Shown piece after piece: positions 8,223-16,615 of a stretch of 23,950 nt of DNA. Numbering within the stretch: position 1 is the first letter of the stretch; every line of letters begins with the position of its first letter. The DNA is from a virus (lineage: Duplodnaviria; Heunggongvirae; Uroviricota; Caudoviricetes). The notes beneath the pieces are model-generated. The model was not told the DNA's origin. It saw only the letters and a program-made list of their open reading frames with translations, and made no database searches. The stretch lies in the IMG/VR virus record IMGVR_UViG_2563366917_000002. One strand, given 5' to 3'. The position numbers were made by a program, and so were the translations under genes.

Positions 8223-8776
8223 ATTCCAAACCCCATTTGCCCCGACTCATCTTCAAGCGGTAAAGGTATTCTCCCAGAGTAAGTTATGTTCAGATGTTTA
8301 CAGAAGTAATTCCAATACCCTACCAGGTCATCTGGGTTTATGTCATCTTCGATTGGAAACGCTATTCTATCACTATAGTATCCAGCTTCTTCATAGTATA
8401 CATGGTAGTGAGCACCGTAAATGATATCTTGGTACTTCGGATGATCGACCTTGTAACTATTCGTGTGTTTGTCAAAGTGATAGGTATCTACCGCGAAAAC
8501 CCTCTTGTTATGATAGAAAGCAATAATATTTATTTTAGGGTAAGAAATCGGGTCATCAGGTTCTGAATCCTGATCTGGTTTCCATTTCAGTTCAAACTTT
8601 AGCCCTTGTATAGGTATACAATCCTCATCCAAGGGGATGATATGGGCTTGTAGCCACATATCAGAGCGACTTGGTTTCTGTTTCCATTTAACGCCAGAAA
8701 AGTTAACTATTTTTTTACAATAAAGTACTTTATCAACTTCTACTTGGCTTGGCTGATAATCATCTATTTTTGCCAA
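8219..8776 (-). CDS. unknown protein, gene 1 of a two-gene module at the rexAB-equivalent locus
   Basis: 185-aa ORF beginning 39 nt after the cI stop. The first in-frame start is TTG at 8776, with a GGCGG-like Shine-Dalgarno upstream; the frame is closed upstream by TAA. Rich in Tyr/His/Asp; no recognised family. Confidence 0.55.
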   Translation of the reverse strand: MAKIDDYQPSQVEVDKVLYCKKIVNFSGVKWKQKPSRSDMWLQAHIIPLDEDCIPIQGLKFELKWKPDQDSEPDDPISYPKINIIAFYHNKRVFAVDTYHFDKHTNSYKVDHPKYQDIIYGAHYHVYYEEAGYYSDRIAFPIEDDINPDDLVGYWNYFCKHLNITYSGRIPLPLEDESGQMGFGI

Positions 8777-8815
8777 TGTTTACCGCCCTGTAAATTGTAG
8801 ATAAAAGTGGTTTCA

Positions 8816-9475
8816 TCACCCAAACGTCTCTTCAGGCCATTGGCTGGCGATAACTTTCCCCACAACGGAACAACTCTCATTGCATGGGATCATTGGGTAT
8901 TGTGGGTTTAGTGGCTGTAGAAACACCTGACCGCTATCCCTGATCAGTTTCTTGAAGGTAAATTCATCACCACCAAGTCTGGCTATGCAGAAATCGCCGG
9001 GCTCAACAGCTTGCTCAGGGTCAACCAGAATTAACATCCCGTCAGGAAAGCTGGGTTTGGAACCTGTTGGTGCGGTCATTGAGTTACCTTCAACCTCAAG
9101 CCAGAATGCAGAGTCACTGGCTTTTTTGGTTGTGCTTACCAATCTCTCCGCATCGCCTTTGGTAAAGGTTCTGAGTTCTGGAGAGAACATCCCAGCCTGA
9201 ACATGAGAAAAAACAGGGTACTCATATTGTTTTTTAACTGGGGCCGATGAGTATTCGCCAACAGGTGAAAATGTCCCGTCGTGGTTGAATGATATGTTAT
9301 CAATACCAAGGTATTTAAACACCACACCAATATCACTAAGAGATGGATGACGAGATCCGCGCAACCAGTGTCCAATCCCACCCTGCGTCATACCTAGCTC
9401 TTCGGCTAACTTCTCTTGAGTTATGCCGAGCTCTTTCATTCTGGATCTAGCCAGTTCATACCATTTCATTTTCAT
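8816..9475 (-). CDS. cI: cI repressor: lambda-identical C-terminal dimerisation/autocleavage domain with a non-lambda N-terminal HTH domain
   Basis: From ...[50 protein letters not shown]... to the end it matches lambda cI (S24 peptidase-like domain). The N-terminal ~90 aa ([44 protein letters not shown]...) is a different HTH. Start taken at 9475/9469; the track ORF extends to 9517. Confidence 0.9.
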   Translation of the reverse strand: MKMKWYELARSRMKELGITQEKLAEELGMTQGGIGHWLRGSRHPSLSDIGVVFKYLGIDNISFNHDGTFSPVGEYSSAPVKKQYEYPVFSHVQAGMFSPELRTFTKGDAERLVSTTKKASDSAFWLEVEGNSMTAPTGSKPSFPDGMLILVDPEQAVEPGDFCIARLGGDEFTFKKLIRDSGQVFLQPLNPQYPMIPCNESCSVVGKVIASQWPEETFG

Positions 9476-9586
9476 GTCCTTATTATTACGCTCTGTACTG
9501 GAACCATCCATGCACAATGTGTATTTTTACTTGTATTCGCAAAGTACATATTGTATTTTTTTATTCGTGTTTACTATGGAGGGCAT
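9476..9586. promoter_or_regulatory. OR / pRM / pR region between divergent cI and cro
   Basis: 111-bp AT-rich intergenic region with GTAC/TGTA-containing partial palindromes (e.g. AGTACATATTGTAT at 9543-9556) resembling the OL palindrome at 7225-7239. Confidence 0.55.
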
Positions 9587-9802
9587 ATGAGCAACCTACG
9601 AAAATATCGAGAGTCACTGAATATCTCTCAAACAACACTTGCTAAGGCAGTTGGATGCACACAGGGAGCTATCGGACATTGGGAATCTGGTCGTCGCTTC
9701 CCAGACCTTAAAACATGCCGTGCTCTTGTTGCGTGCCTAAACAAGTTAGGCGCAAAAGTCAGTCTTGATGACGTGTTCCCGCCGGAACACAAAGCCGCTT
9801 AA
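9587..9802 (+). CDS. cro: Cro-like HTH repressor
   Basis: 71-aa ORF from the internal ATG 9587, preceded by GGAGGG. HTH signature ISQTTLAKAVGCTQGAIGHWESG. Divergent from cI. Confidence 0.8.
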   Translation: MSNLRKYRESLNISQTTLAKAVGCTQGAIGHWESGRRFPDLKTCRALVACLNKLGAKVSLDDVFPPEHKAA

Positions 9803-9812
9803 TAAGCGGATC

Positions 9813-9858
9813 CGCTCTTTGTAACAACGGACATTCGTCCTACGTCGCTGAAAAGCGA
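9813..9858 (+). promoter_or_regulatory. nutR: boxA plus boxB hairpin
   Basis: boxA-like CGCTCTTTGTAACAA (9813-9827), then boxB UCGCU-GAAA-AGCGA (9845-9858), the same 5-bp stem and GAAA loop as the nutL candidate. Confidence 0.5.
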
Positions 9859-9943
9859 GTTCCAAGATATCTGACCAACTAAGGCCATATGCGTTTCCAC
9901 GCATACCTTTCAACTAACTATTCACTATTGGAAATCTTAAGAA

Positions 9944-10240
9944 ATGGAAAGAACAAGTTACAGCAAACTATCACAGCGTGACGTTGATCGCGCAGAAACA
10001 GATTTACTTATCAATCTGTCAGCTATTACCCAGCGCGGTCTGGCAAAGATGATTGGCTGTCATGAATCGAAGATAAGCAGAACGGACTGGAGATTTATTG
10101 CTTCGGTCTTGTGTGCTTTCGGAATGGCATCAGACATCAGTCCGATTAGCAGGGCTTTTAAGTATGCGCTTGATGGACTCACCAATAAAAAACGCCCGGC
10201 GGCAACCGAGCGTTCTGAACAAATCCAGATGGAATTCTGA
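9944..10240 (+). CDS. cII: cII transcriptional activator (mosaic: divergent N-terminus, lambda-like C-terminus)
   Basis: 98-aa ORF. The C-terminus ...LTNKKRPAATERSEQIQMEF matches lambda cII as recalled; the N-terminal part differs. Confidence 0.8.
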   Translation: MERTSYSKLSQRDVDRAETDLLINLSAITQRGLAKMIGCHESKISRTDWRFIASVLCAFGMASDISPISRAFKYALDGLTNKKRPAATERSEQIQMEF

Positions 10241-10272
10241 GGTCATTACTGGATCAATCCACAGGAGTCATT

Positions 10273-11172
10273 ATGACAAATACAGCAAAAATACTCAACT
10301 TCTGCAGAGGTAACTTTGCCAAACAGGAGCGTAATGTGGCAGATCTCGATGATGGTTACGCCAGACTATCAAATATGCTGCTTGAGGCTTATTCAGGCGC
10401 AGATCTGACCAAGCGACAGTTTAAAGTGCTGCTTGCCATTCTGCGTAAAACCTATGGATGGAATAAACCAATGGACAGAATCACCGATTCTCAACTTAGC
10501 GAGATTACAAAGTTACCCGTCAAACGGTGCAATGAAGCCAAGTTAGAACTCGTCAGAATGAATATTATCAAGCAGCAAGGCGGCATGTTTGGACCAAATA
10601 AAAACATCTCAGAATGGTGTATCCCTCAAAACGAGGGAAAATCCCCTAAAACGAGGGATAAAACATCCCTCAAATTGGGGGATTGCTATCCCTCAAAACA
10701 GGGGGACACAAAAGACACTATTACAAAAGAAAAAAGAAAAGATTATTCGTCAGAGAATTCTGGCGAATCCTCTGACCAGCCAGAAAACGACCTTTCTGTG
10801 GTGAAACCGGATGCTGCAATTCAGAGCGGCAGCAAGTGGGGGACAGCAGAAGACCTGACCGCCGCAGAATGGATGTTTGACATGGTGAAGACCATCGCGC
10901 CATCAGCCAGAAAACCGAATTTTGCAGGGTGGGCTAACGATATCCGCCTGATGCGTGAACGTGACGGACGTAACCATCGCGACATGTGTGTACTGTTCCG
11001 CTGGGCATGCCAGGACAACTTCTGGTCCGGTAACGTGCTGAGCCCGGCCAAACTCCGCGACAAGTGGACCCAGCTCGAAATCAACCGTAACAAGCAACAG
11101 GCAGGTGTGACAGCCTGCAAACCAAAACTCGACCTGACAAACACTGACTGGATTTACGGGGTGGATTTATGA
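10273..11172 (+). CDS. O: replication initiator O
   Basis: 299-aa ORF matching lambda O as recalled, with the origin iterons embedded in the coding sequence. Confidence 0.95.
   Translation: MTNTAKILNFCRGNFAKQERNVADLDDGYARLSNMLLEAYSGADLTKRQFKVLLAILRKTYGWNKPMDRITDSQLSEITKLPVKRCNEAKLELVRMNIIKQQGGMFGPNKNISEWCIPQNEGKSPKTRDKTSLKLGDCYPSKQGDTKDTITKEKRKDYSSENSGESSDQPENDLSVVKPDAAIQSGSKWGTAEDLTAAEWMFDMVKTIAPSARKPNFAGWANDIRLMRERDGRNHRDMCVLFRWACQDNFWSGNVLSPAKLRDKWTQLEINRNKQQAGVTACKPKLDLTNTDWIYGVDL
10621..10750 (+). repeat. ori-lambda: four ~19-20 bp iterons plus adjacent AT-rich unwinding region
   Basis: Direct repeats atccctcaaaacgagggaaa / atcccctaaaacgagggata / catccctcaaattgggggat / ctatccctcaaaacaggggga at 10621-10705, followed by an A-rich tract at 10706-10750. 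Confidence 0.85.
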
Positions 11173-11870
11173 AAAACATCGCCGCACAGATGGTTAATTT
11201 TGACCGTGAGCAGATGCGTCGGATCGCCAACAACATGCCGGAACAGTACGACGAAAAGCCGCAGGTACAGCAGGTAGCGCAGATCATCAACGGTGTGTTC
11301 AGCCAGTTACTGGCAACTTTCCCGGCGAGTCTGGCTAACCGTGACCAGAACGAACTGAACGAAATCCGCCGCCAGTGGGTTCTGGCTTTCCGGGAAAACG
11401 GGATCACCACAATGGAACAGGTTAACGCAGGAATGCGCGTAGCCCGTCGGCAGAATCGACCATTTCTGCCATCACCCGGGCAGTTTGTTGCATGGTGCCG
11501 GGAAGAAGCATCCGTTATCGCCGGACTGCCAAACGTCAGCGAGCTGGTTGATATGGTTTACGAGTATTGCCGGAAGCGAGGCCTGTATCCGGATGCAGAG
11601 TCTTATCCGTGGAAATCGAACGCGCACTACTGGCTGGTTACCAACCTGTACCAGAACATGCGGGCCAATGCGCTGACTGACGCGGAATTACGACGCAAGG
11701 CTGCCGATGAACTGACCTGTATGACAGCGCGAATTAACCGTGGTGAGACGATACCTGAACCAGTAAAACAACTTCCTGTCATGGGCGGCAGACCTCTAAA
11801 TCGTGTTCAGGCGCTGGCGAAGATCGCAGAAATTAAAGCTAAGTTAGGACTGAAAGGAGCAAGTGTATGA
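11169..11870 (+). CDS. P: replication protein P (DnaB helicase loader)
   Basis: 233-aa ORF matching lambda P as recalled. Start overlaps the O stop. Confidence 0.95.
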   Translation: MKNIAAQMVNFDREQMRRIANNMPEQYDEKPQVQQVAQIINGVFSQLLATFPASLANRDQNELNEIRRQWVLAFRENGITTMEQVNAGMRVARRQNRPFLPSPGQFVAWCREEASVIAGLPNVSELVDMVYEYCRKRGLYPDAESYPWKSNAHYWLVTNLYQNMRANALTDAELRRKAADELTCMTARINRGETIPEPVKQLPVMGGRPLNRVQALAKIAEIKAKLGLKGASV

Positions 11871-12157
11871 CGGGCAAAGAGGCAATTATTCATTACCTGG
11901 GGACGCATAATAGCTTCTGTGCGCCGGACGTTGCCGCGCTAACAGGCGCAACAGTAACCAGCATAAATCAGGCCGCGGCTAAAATGGCACGGGCAGGTCT
12001 TCTGGTTATCGAAGGTAAGGTCTGGCGAACGGTGTATTACCGGTTTGCTACCAAGGAAGAACGGGAAGGAAAGATGAGCACGAACCTGATTTTTAAGGAG
12101 TGTCGCCAGAGTGCCACGATGAAACGGATATTGGCGGTATATGGAGTTAAAAGATGA
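11867..12157 (+). CDS. ren: Ren (Rex exclusion protection protein)
   Basis: 96-aa ORF matching lambda Ren as recalled. Start overlaps the P stop. Confidence 0.85.
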   Translation: MTGKEAIIHYLGTHNSFCAPDVAALTGATVTSINQAAAKMARAGLLVIEGKVWRTVYYRFATKEEREGKMSTNLIFKECRQSATMKRILAVYGVKR

Positions 12158-12230
12158 CCATCTACATCACTGAGCTAATAACAGGCCTGCAGGTAATCGC
12201 AGGCCTTTTTATTTGGGGGAGAGGGAAGTC

Positions 12231-12671
12231 ATGAAAAAACTAACCTTTGAAATTCGATCTCCGGCACATCAGCAAAACGCTATTCACGCAGTACAGCAAA
12301 TCCTTCCAGACCCAACCAAACCAATCGTAGTAACCATTCAGGAACGCAACCGCAGCTTAGACCAAAACAGGAAGCTATGGGCCTGCTTAGGTGACGTCTC
12401 TCGTCAGGTTGAATGGCATGGTCGCTGGCTGGATGCAGAAAGCTGGAAGTGTGTGTTTACCGCAGCATTAAAGCAGCAGGATGTTGTTCCTAACCTTGCC
12501 GGGAATGGCTTTGTGGTAATAGGCCAGTCAACCAGCAGGATGCGTGTAAGCGAATTTGCGGAGCTATTAGAGCTTATACAGGCATTCGGTACAGAGCGTG
12601 GCGTTAAGTGGTCAGACGAAGCGCGACTGGCTCTCGAATGGAAAGCGCGATGGGGAGATCGGGCTGCATGA
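12231..12671 (+). CDS. ninB: NinB (Orf-family recombination mediator)
   Basis: 146 aa from MKKLTFEIRSPAHQQNAIHAVQQ..., matching lambda NinB as recalled. The track ORF starts 6 codons upstream. Confidence 0.85.
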   Translation: MKKLTFEIRSPAHQQNAIHAVQQILPDPTKPIVVTIQERNRSLDQNRKLWACLGDVSRQVEWHGRWLDAESWKCVFTAALKQQDVVPNLAGNGFVVIGQSTSRMRVSEFAELLELIQAFGTERGVKWSDEARLALEWKARWGDRAA

Positions 12672-13195
12672 CTATCAAATCAAATACGCCAGCACACGAC
12701 AAGGACTGCTGGCAAACGCCGCTTTGGCTTTTTGATGCACTGGATATTGAGTTTGGATTCTGGCTGGATTCGGCAGCGAGCGACAAAAATGCTCTGTGCG
12801 CTCACTGGCTAACTGAGGACGACGACGCGCTCAATTCTGAGTGGGTAAGCCACGGTGCAATCTGGAATAACCCACCGTACAGCAATATCAGGCCGTGGGT
12901 GGAAAAAGCCGCTGAGCAGTGTATACAACAGCGACAGACGGTAGTGATGCTTGTGCCAGAGGATATGTCTGTCGGATGGTTCAGCAAGGCTCTGGAGAGT
13001 GTTGACGAAGTTCGTATTATCACTGATGGACGGATTAATTTTATCGAACCATCGACAGGGCTGGAGAAGAAGGGAAACAGCAAAGGCTCCATGCTGCTGA
13101 TTTGGCGACCGTTCATCAGTCCTCGACGGATGTTTACTACCGTATCCAAAGCGGCATTGATGGCGATCGGGCAGGGCGTCAGGAGGGCTGCATGA
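12668..13195 (+). CDS. phage orphan DNA N6-adenine methyltransferase (Dam-like)
   Basis: About 175 aa from the ATG overlapping the ninB stop (ATGA). Contains the catalytic NPPY motif ([10 protein letters not shown]) characteristic of N6-adenine methyltransferases. Occupies the ninC/ninD position. Confidence 0.7.
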   Translation: MTIKSNTPAHDKDCWQTPLWLFDALDIEFGFWLDSAASDKNALCAHWLTEDDDALNSEWVSHGAIWNNPPYSNIRPWVEKAAEQCIQQRQTVVMLVPEDMSVGWFSKALESVDEVRIITDGRINFIEPSTGLEKKGNSKGSMLLIWRPFISPRRMFTTVSKAALMAIGQGVRRAA

Positions 13196-13368
13196 GACGA
13201 CAGCGACGAAGCATCACCGACATAATCTGCGAAAACTGCAAATACCTTCCAACGAAACGCTCCAGAAATAAACGCAAGCTAATCCCAAAAGAATCTGACG
13301 TAAAAACCTTCAATTACACAGCCCACCTGTGGGATATCCGGTGGCTAAGATATCGTGCGAGGAAATGA
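13192..13368 (+). CDS. ninE: NinE
   Basis: [58 protein letters not shown] matches lambda NinE as recalled. Start overlaps the methyltransferase stop. Confidence 0.75.
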   Translation: MRRQRRSITDIICENCKYLPTKRSRNKRKLIPKESDVKTFNYTAHLWDIRWLRYRARK

Positions 13369-13712
13369 CAATGGATTATTCACAGTTAAGTGATTTTGAA
13401 ATTAACAGAATGGTAGGAGACATAATTTTTAAAGGCCTTTGGGCAAGTAAACCGGAAACATCAGGGAATAACACCAACAAATGGTATTACGGAAATGCTG
13501 ATACAACTTTTGAGCCATTAAATCATTTGCCTGACTACTGCAATGATCCGAGCGCTTCATGGCCGATTATTGAGAAATACAGGATTTCTATCTTAGACCA
13601 GTTAACTGAATGGTGTGTGGATGCAAAAGGCGTAAGCCCAATATTTGATACCAGACCTCTCCGCGCCGCCATGATTGTCTTTCTCCTGATGCAGGAGGCC
13701 AATAATGCTTAG
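13365..13712 (+). CDS. hypothetical nin-region protein (NinX/DUF2591-like)
   Basis: About 115-aa ORF with its ATG overlapping the ninE stop. No motif recognised. Confidence 0.45.
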   Translation: MTMDYSQLSDFEINRMVGDIIFKGLWASKPETSGNNTNKWYYGNADTTFEPLNHLPDYCNDPSASWPIIEKYRISILDQLTEWCVDAKGVSPIFDTRPLRAAMIVFLLMQEANNA

Positions 13713-13899
13713 CCCATCTCAATCCCTTCAATACCTGAAAGAAAGCATAGAGCGGGCTTCAATGTGCACAGAGTGGATTCTATCTAGGTTTAGCGCATAC
13801 AGAAGATTGCCGGTAAAGGGCATGCCAAGCAAGTCGATGCTGCATATGCAAAAGAATGCGCGCTGGAAGGTATGGCGAGAACACAGGTTATGTGGCTGA
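13705..13899 (+). CDS. ninF: NinF-like small protein
   Basis: 64-aa ORF. The N-terminus [18 protein letters not shown] resembles lambda NinF; the remainder diverges. Confidence 0.5.
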   Translation: MLSPSQSLQYLKESIERASMCTEWILSRFSAYRRLPVKGMPSKSMLHMQKNARWKVWREHRLCG

Positions 13900-13918
13900 A
13901 AGAGGGGGTTATTAAGGC

Positions 13919-14281
13919 GTGAATACCTACAGCATCACATTACCCTGGCCTCCGAGCAATAATCGCTATTACCGCCATAATCGCGGGCGCACGCACGTCA
14001 GCGCAGAGGGGCAGGCATACCGCGATAACGTCGCCCGAATCATTAAAAACGCAATGCTGGATATCGGCCTGGCTATGCCTGTGAAAATCCGCATTGAGTG
14101 CCACATGCCGGATCGCCGTCGCCGTGACCTGGATAATCTGCAAAAAGCCGCTTTTGACGCACTCACTAAAGCAGGTTTCTGGCTGGATGATGCTCAGGTC
14201 GTTGATTACCGCGTTGTGAAGATGCCTGTTACCAAAGGTGGGAGGCTGGAACTGACCATCACCGAAATGGGGAATGAATGA
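13919..14281 (+). CDS. rusA: RusA Holliday-junction resolvase
   Basis: 120-aa ORF ([50 protein letters not shown]...) matching E. coli DLP12 RusA as recalled. Confidence 0.9.
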   Translation: MNTYSITLPWPPSNNRYYRHNRGRTHVSAEGQAYRDNVARIIKNAMLDIGLAMPVKIRIECHMPDRRRRDLDNLQKAAFDALTKAGFWLDDAQVVDYRVVKMPVTKGGRLELTITEMGNE

Positions 14282-14418
14282 TGTTTGAGTTTAATATGGC
14301 AGAACTTCTTCGCCACCGCTGGGGGCGTCTGCGCTTATATCGTTTCCTCGGTTCTGTTTTGACCGATTACCGAATACTGAAGAATTACGCCAAAACCCTG
14401 ACAGGAACAGGAGTATGA
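14278..14418 (+). CDS. ylcG: small protein, YlcG-like
   Basis: Hand-translated 45-46 codon ORF (M)[45 protein letters not shown] overlapping the rusA stop. Resembles DLP12 YlcG as recalled. Confidence 0.45.
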   Translation: MMFEFNMAELLRHRWGRLRLYRFLGSVLTDYRILKNYAKTLTGTGV

Positions 14419-14503
14419 AGTCAGAGATAACAATCAACTAATACTGTTTTGTTGATTTTTGCTTGTAATTGGCGTTCTGGTCTGATTTTTGTGGAGTAAG
14501 TTG

Positions 14504-14887
14504 ATGCGTGATATTCAGATGGTTCTTGAGCGTTGGGGTGCGTGGGCGGCTAATAATCATGAAGATGTGACCTGGTCGTCCATTGCCGCCGGTTTTAAGG
14601 GATTAATTCCTTCAAAAGTAAAATCTCGCCCGCAATGTTGTGACGATGACGCGATGATCATTTGCGGGTGCATGGCCCGTCTGAAAAAGAACAACAGCGA
14701 TTTACACGATTTATTAGTAGATTATTATGTATGTGGTATGACATTCATGTCACTGGCAAGTAAGCATTGCTGCTCGGATGGTTATATCGGGAAAAGGTTA
14801 CAGAAGGCTGAGGGCATAATTGAAGGGATGTTAATGGCATTAGATATCCGGTTAGATATGGATATCGTTGCTAATAATTCTAATTGA
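14504..14887 (+). CDS. Q: late-gene antiterminator Q (phage 82 / DLP12 QuuD type)
   Basis: 127 aa from [26 protein letters not shown]..., with GGAG upstream. Cysteine cluster [12 protein letters not shown]. Matches QuuD as recalled. Confidence 0.85.
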   Translation: MRDIQMVLERWGAWAANNHEDVTWSSIAAGFKGLIPSKVKSRPQCCDDDAMIICGCMARLKKNNSDLHDLLVDYYVCGMTFMSLASKHCCSDGYIGKRLQKAEGIIEGMLMALDIRLDMDIVANNSN

Positions 14888-14913
14888 TATGCAATTGTTT
14901 ACTAAAAGTTATT

Positions 14914-14932
14914 AAAAATGGGGCGTGGAAAC
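14914..14932 (-). terminator. intrinsic terminator for leftward transcription (downstream of the porin gene)
   Basis: Plus ggggcg-tggaaa-cgcccc, preceded on plus by an A-rich run (ttattaaaaat). On the minus strand this is a hairpin followed by AUUUUUAAUAA. Confidence 0.5.
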
Positions 14933-15030
14933 GCCCCCAAAATAAAGGGTAATATATAACAGAAGGTTTATATAGTAAGAAGCAAGGTAGTGCTTCTAAA
15001 GGAAGTGGCTTGAGGGCTCCACTTATATGT

Positions 15031-15069
15031 TGCGGAGGCAAAGCCTCCCGCAACATATCTTTTTCGTAA
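15031..15069 (+). terminator. intrinsic terminator for rightward transcription leaving Q (possibly bidirectional)
   Basis: Long GC stem atatgttgcggagg-caaag-cctcccgcaacatat followed by CTTTTT, located 7 nt from the porin stop codon. Confidence 0.6.
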
Positions 15070-15075
15070 GTCAGA

Positions 15076-16158
15076 TTAGAACTGATAAACCAGACCTACA
15101 GCGACGATGTCGTCGGTATCAATACCAGCTGTTTTGGTAAACTTACTATCGTCAATTAAGTTGATTTTGTAATCAACAAAAGTGGACATGTTTTTATTAA
15201 AGTAGTAAGTAGCACCGACATCGACATACTTGACTAAGTCTCGGTCACCATGAACACCAAGGTCTTTACCTTTTGACTGAAGGTAAGCAACAGATGGACG
15301 CAGACCGAAGTCAAACTGATATTGTGCTACTGCTTCAAAGTTTTGTGCTTTGTTTGCAATATGGTTATTACCAAAAACGGTCATATTCTGAGTTTCAGAA
15401 TATGTGGTAGCCAGATAGATATTGTTCGCATCATATTTCAGGCCTGCAGCCCATACTTCCGCATTTTTGCCGGAGGCATTGAATTTGCTCTTACCATAGG
15501 CGACCTGACCGTCAGTGCGATCTGATTTAGCATAGGTTGCACCCACGCCGAATCCTTCATACTCATAAGTAGTGGAGAAACCGAAACCATCACCATTGGC
15601 TTCAGTTACGTCAGTGCGGTCATTTTTACCCTGATACTGAGCAGCAAAGTTCAGGCCATCGACCAGACCAAAGAAGTCGTTGTTACGATAAGTTGCAACA
15701 CCAGTAGTGCGACCAGTCATGAACACATCTGTTTGGGTCCAGGTATCACCACCGAATTCTGGCAGAACGTCAGTCCACGCACCGATGTCGTATGCTACAC
15801 CGTAGTTACGGCCGTAATCGATTGAGCCGTAATCACCAAATTTCAGGCCTGCAAATGCAAGACGGGTTTTGTCTTTGGAAGAACCTTGAGATTCAGCACG
15901 GTTGCCTTTGAATTCATATTCCCACTGACCGAAACCAGTCAGTTGATCGTTGATTTGGGTTTCACCTTTGAAGCCAAGACGGGCATAAGTAGTATCACCA
16001 TCATCTGCATCATTAGAGGAGAAGTAGTGCTTGGCATTAACTTTCCCGTATAGATCCAGCTTGTTACTGTCTTTATTATAAATTTCAGCTGCCTGAGCAG
16101 ACATCGCCATCAGTACTGATGCAGCTACAGCAGAAATTGCCACTGTTAATTTTTTCAT
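15076..16158 (-). CDS. nmpC: outer-membrane general porin, NmpC/OmpD (Lc) family, phage-borne moron
   Basis: 360 aa from [23 protein letters not shown] (signal peptide) with the porin C-terminus ...VAVGLVYQF. Same position and orientation as nmpC in DLP12. Appears intact. Confidence 0.9.
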   Translation of the reverse strand: MKKLTVAISAVAASVLMAMSAQAAEIYNKDSNKLDLYGKVNAKHYFSSNDADDGDTTYARLGFKGETQINDQLTGFGQWEYEFKGNRAESQGSSKDKTRLAFAGLKFGDYGSIDYGRNYGVAYDIGAWTDVLPEFGGDTWTQTDVFMTGRTTGVATYRNNDFFGLVDGLNFAAQYQGKNDRTDVTEANGDGFGFSTTYEYEGFGVGATYAKSDRTDGQVAYGKSKFNASGKNAEVWAAGLKYDANNIYLATTYSETQNMTVFGNNHIANKAQNFEAVAQYQFDFGLRPSVAYLQSKGKDLGVHGDRDLVKYVDVGATYYFNKNMSTFVDYKINLIDDSKFTKTAGIDTDDIVAVGLVYQF

Positions 16159-16587
16159 TGTACGCCCTTTTTTTGAACTATTATTAAAAAATGATGTCAC
16201 TGCGCGATAAATATTCATCTAATCAATGTGATTATTTCAAGATGTAAGTTTTAGTTTCTCATTTAATTTGTGAAGTAGATCTCTATTTTTATCTGAACCT
16301 TTTCTATCTAATCCTATTCATGGCTCTTGTCTGAACAAAAATAAATCTATTAGCTAATTTATATTAATGGCACTTATTTATAAGTGCTCTATAATTCTTT
16401 AGCTTAATTTAAACAAACTAAAAATAACATTGGAAATTATTAACTGGTTATTTGTTGAAGTTTTCTTATGCATTTGTGGTGGTGTTTTGAACACTCGGTG
16501 GCATTCTCACAAATATCATTTAGTAGTTTACGTACGTAAAAAATTGGTTATGCTGTTAAGAGTGGTTACTTCGTCACACAGCTTAAA

Positions 16588-16615
16588 CCCGCCGTCGAGC
16601 GGGTTTTTCCATTTT
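16588..16615 (+). terminator. intrinsic terminator just upstream of the lysis cassette (candidate tR')
   Basis: aaacccgc-cgtcga-gcgggttt hairpin followed by TTCCATTTTTT, about 130 nt upstream of the holin start. Confidence 0.45.

Noticed and set aside
9416-9586. Upstream extension of the cro ORF (128-aa version)
   Set aside because: The extension runs through the operator/promoter region and encodes a hydrophobic low-complexity peptide. The internal ATG at 9587 has a GGAGGG Shine-Dalgarno and gives a Cro-sized 71-aa HTH protein.
9794-9808. Short hairpin ccgctta-a-taagcgg overlapping the cro stop as a terminator
   Set aside because: No U-tract follows it; the adjacent sequence is better explained as the nutR boxA.
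10589-10804. 71-aa ORF in an alternative frame inside O, and the iteron cluster as a possible CRISPR array
   Set aside because: The repeats are four contiguous ~19-bp origin iterons within the O coding sequence followed by an AT-rich region: no spacers and no cas genes. The alternative-frame ORF is a by-product of the repeats.
10821-11410. Three minus-strand ORFs (107, 64 and 109 aa) antisense to O and P
   Set aside because: Antisense to strongly supported replication genes, Cys/Arg-rich low-complexity translations, no ribosome-binding sites.
12802-13149. 115-aa minus-strand ORF antisense to the methyltransferase gene
   Set aside because: Lies entirely within the NPPY methyltransferase ORF on the other strand. 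Ser-rich low-complexity product.
13940-14166. Two minus-strand ORFs antisense to rusA
   Set aside because: Inside the well-conserved rusA gene. Arg/Ala-rich translations typical of antisense frames in GC-rich coding sequence.
14888-15030. Late promoter pR' immediately downstream of Q
   Set aside because: No convincing -35/-10 pair was found by eye. A better promoter-plus-terminator arrangement sits just upstream of the holin (reported as a finding). Not excluded without transcript mapping.
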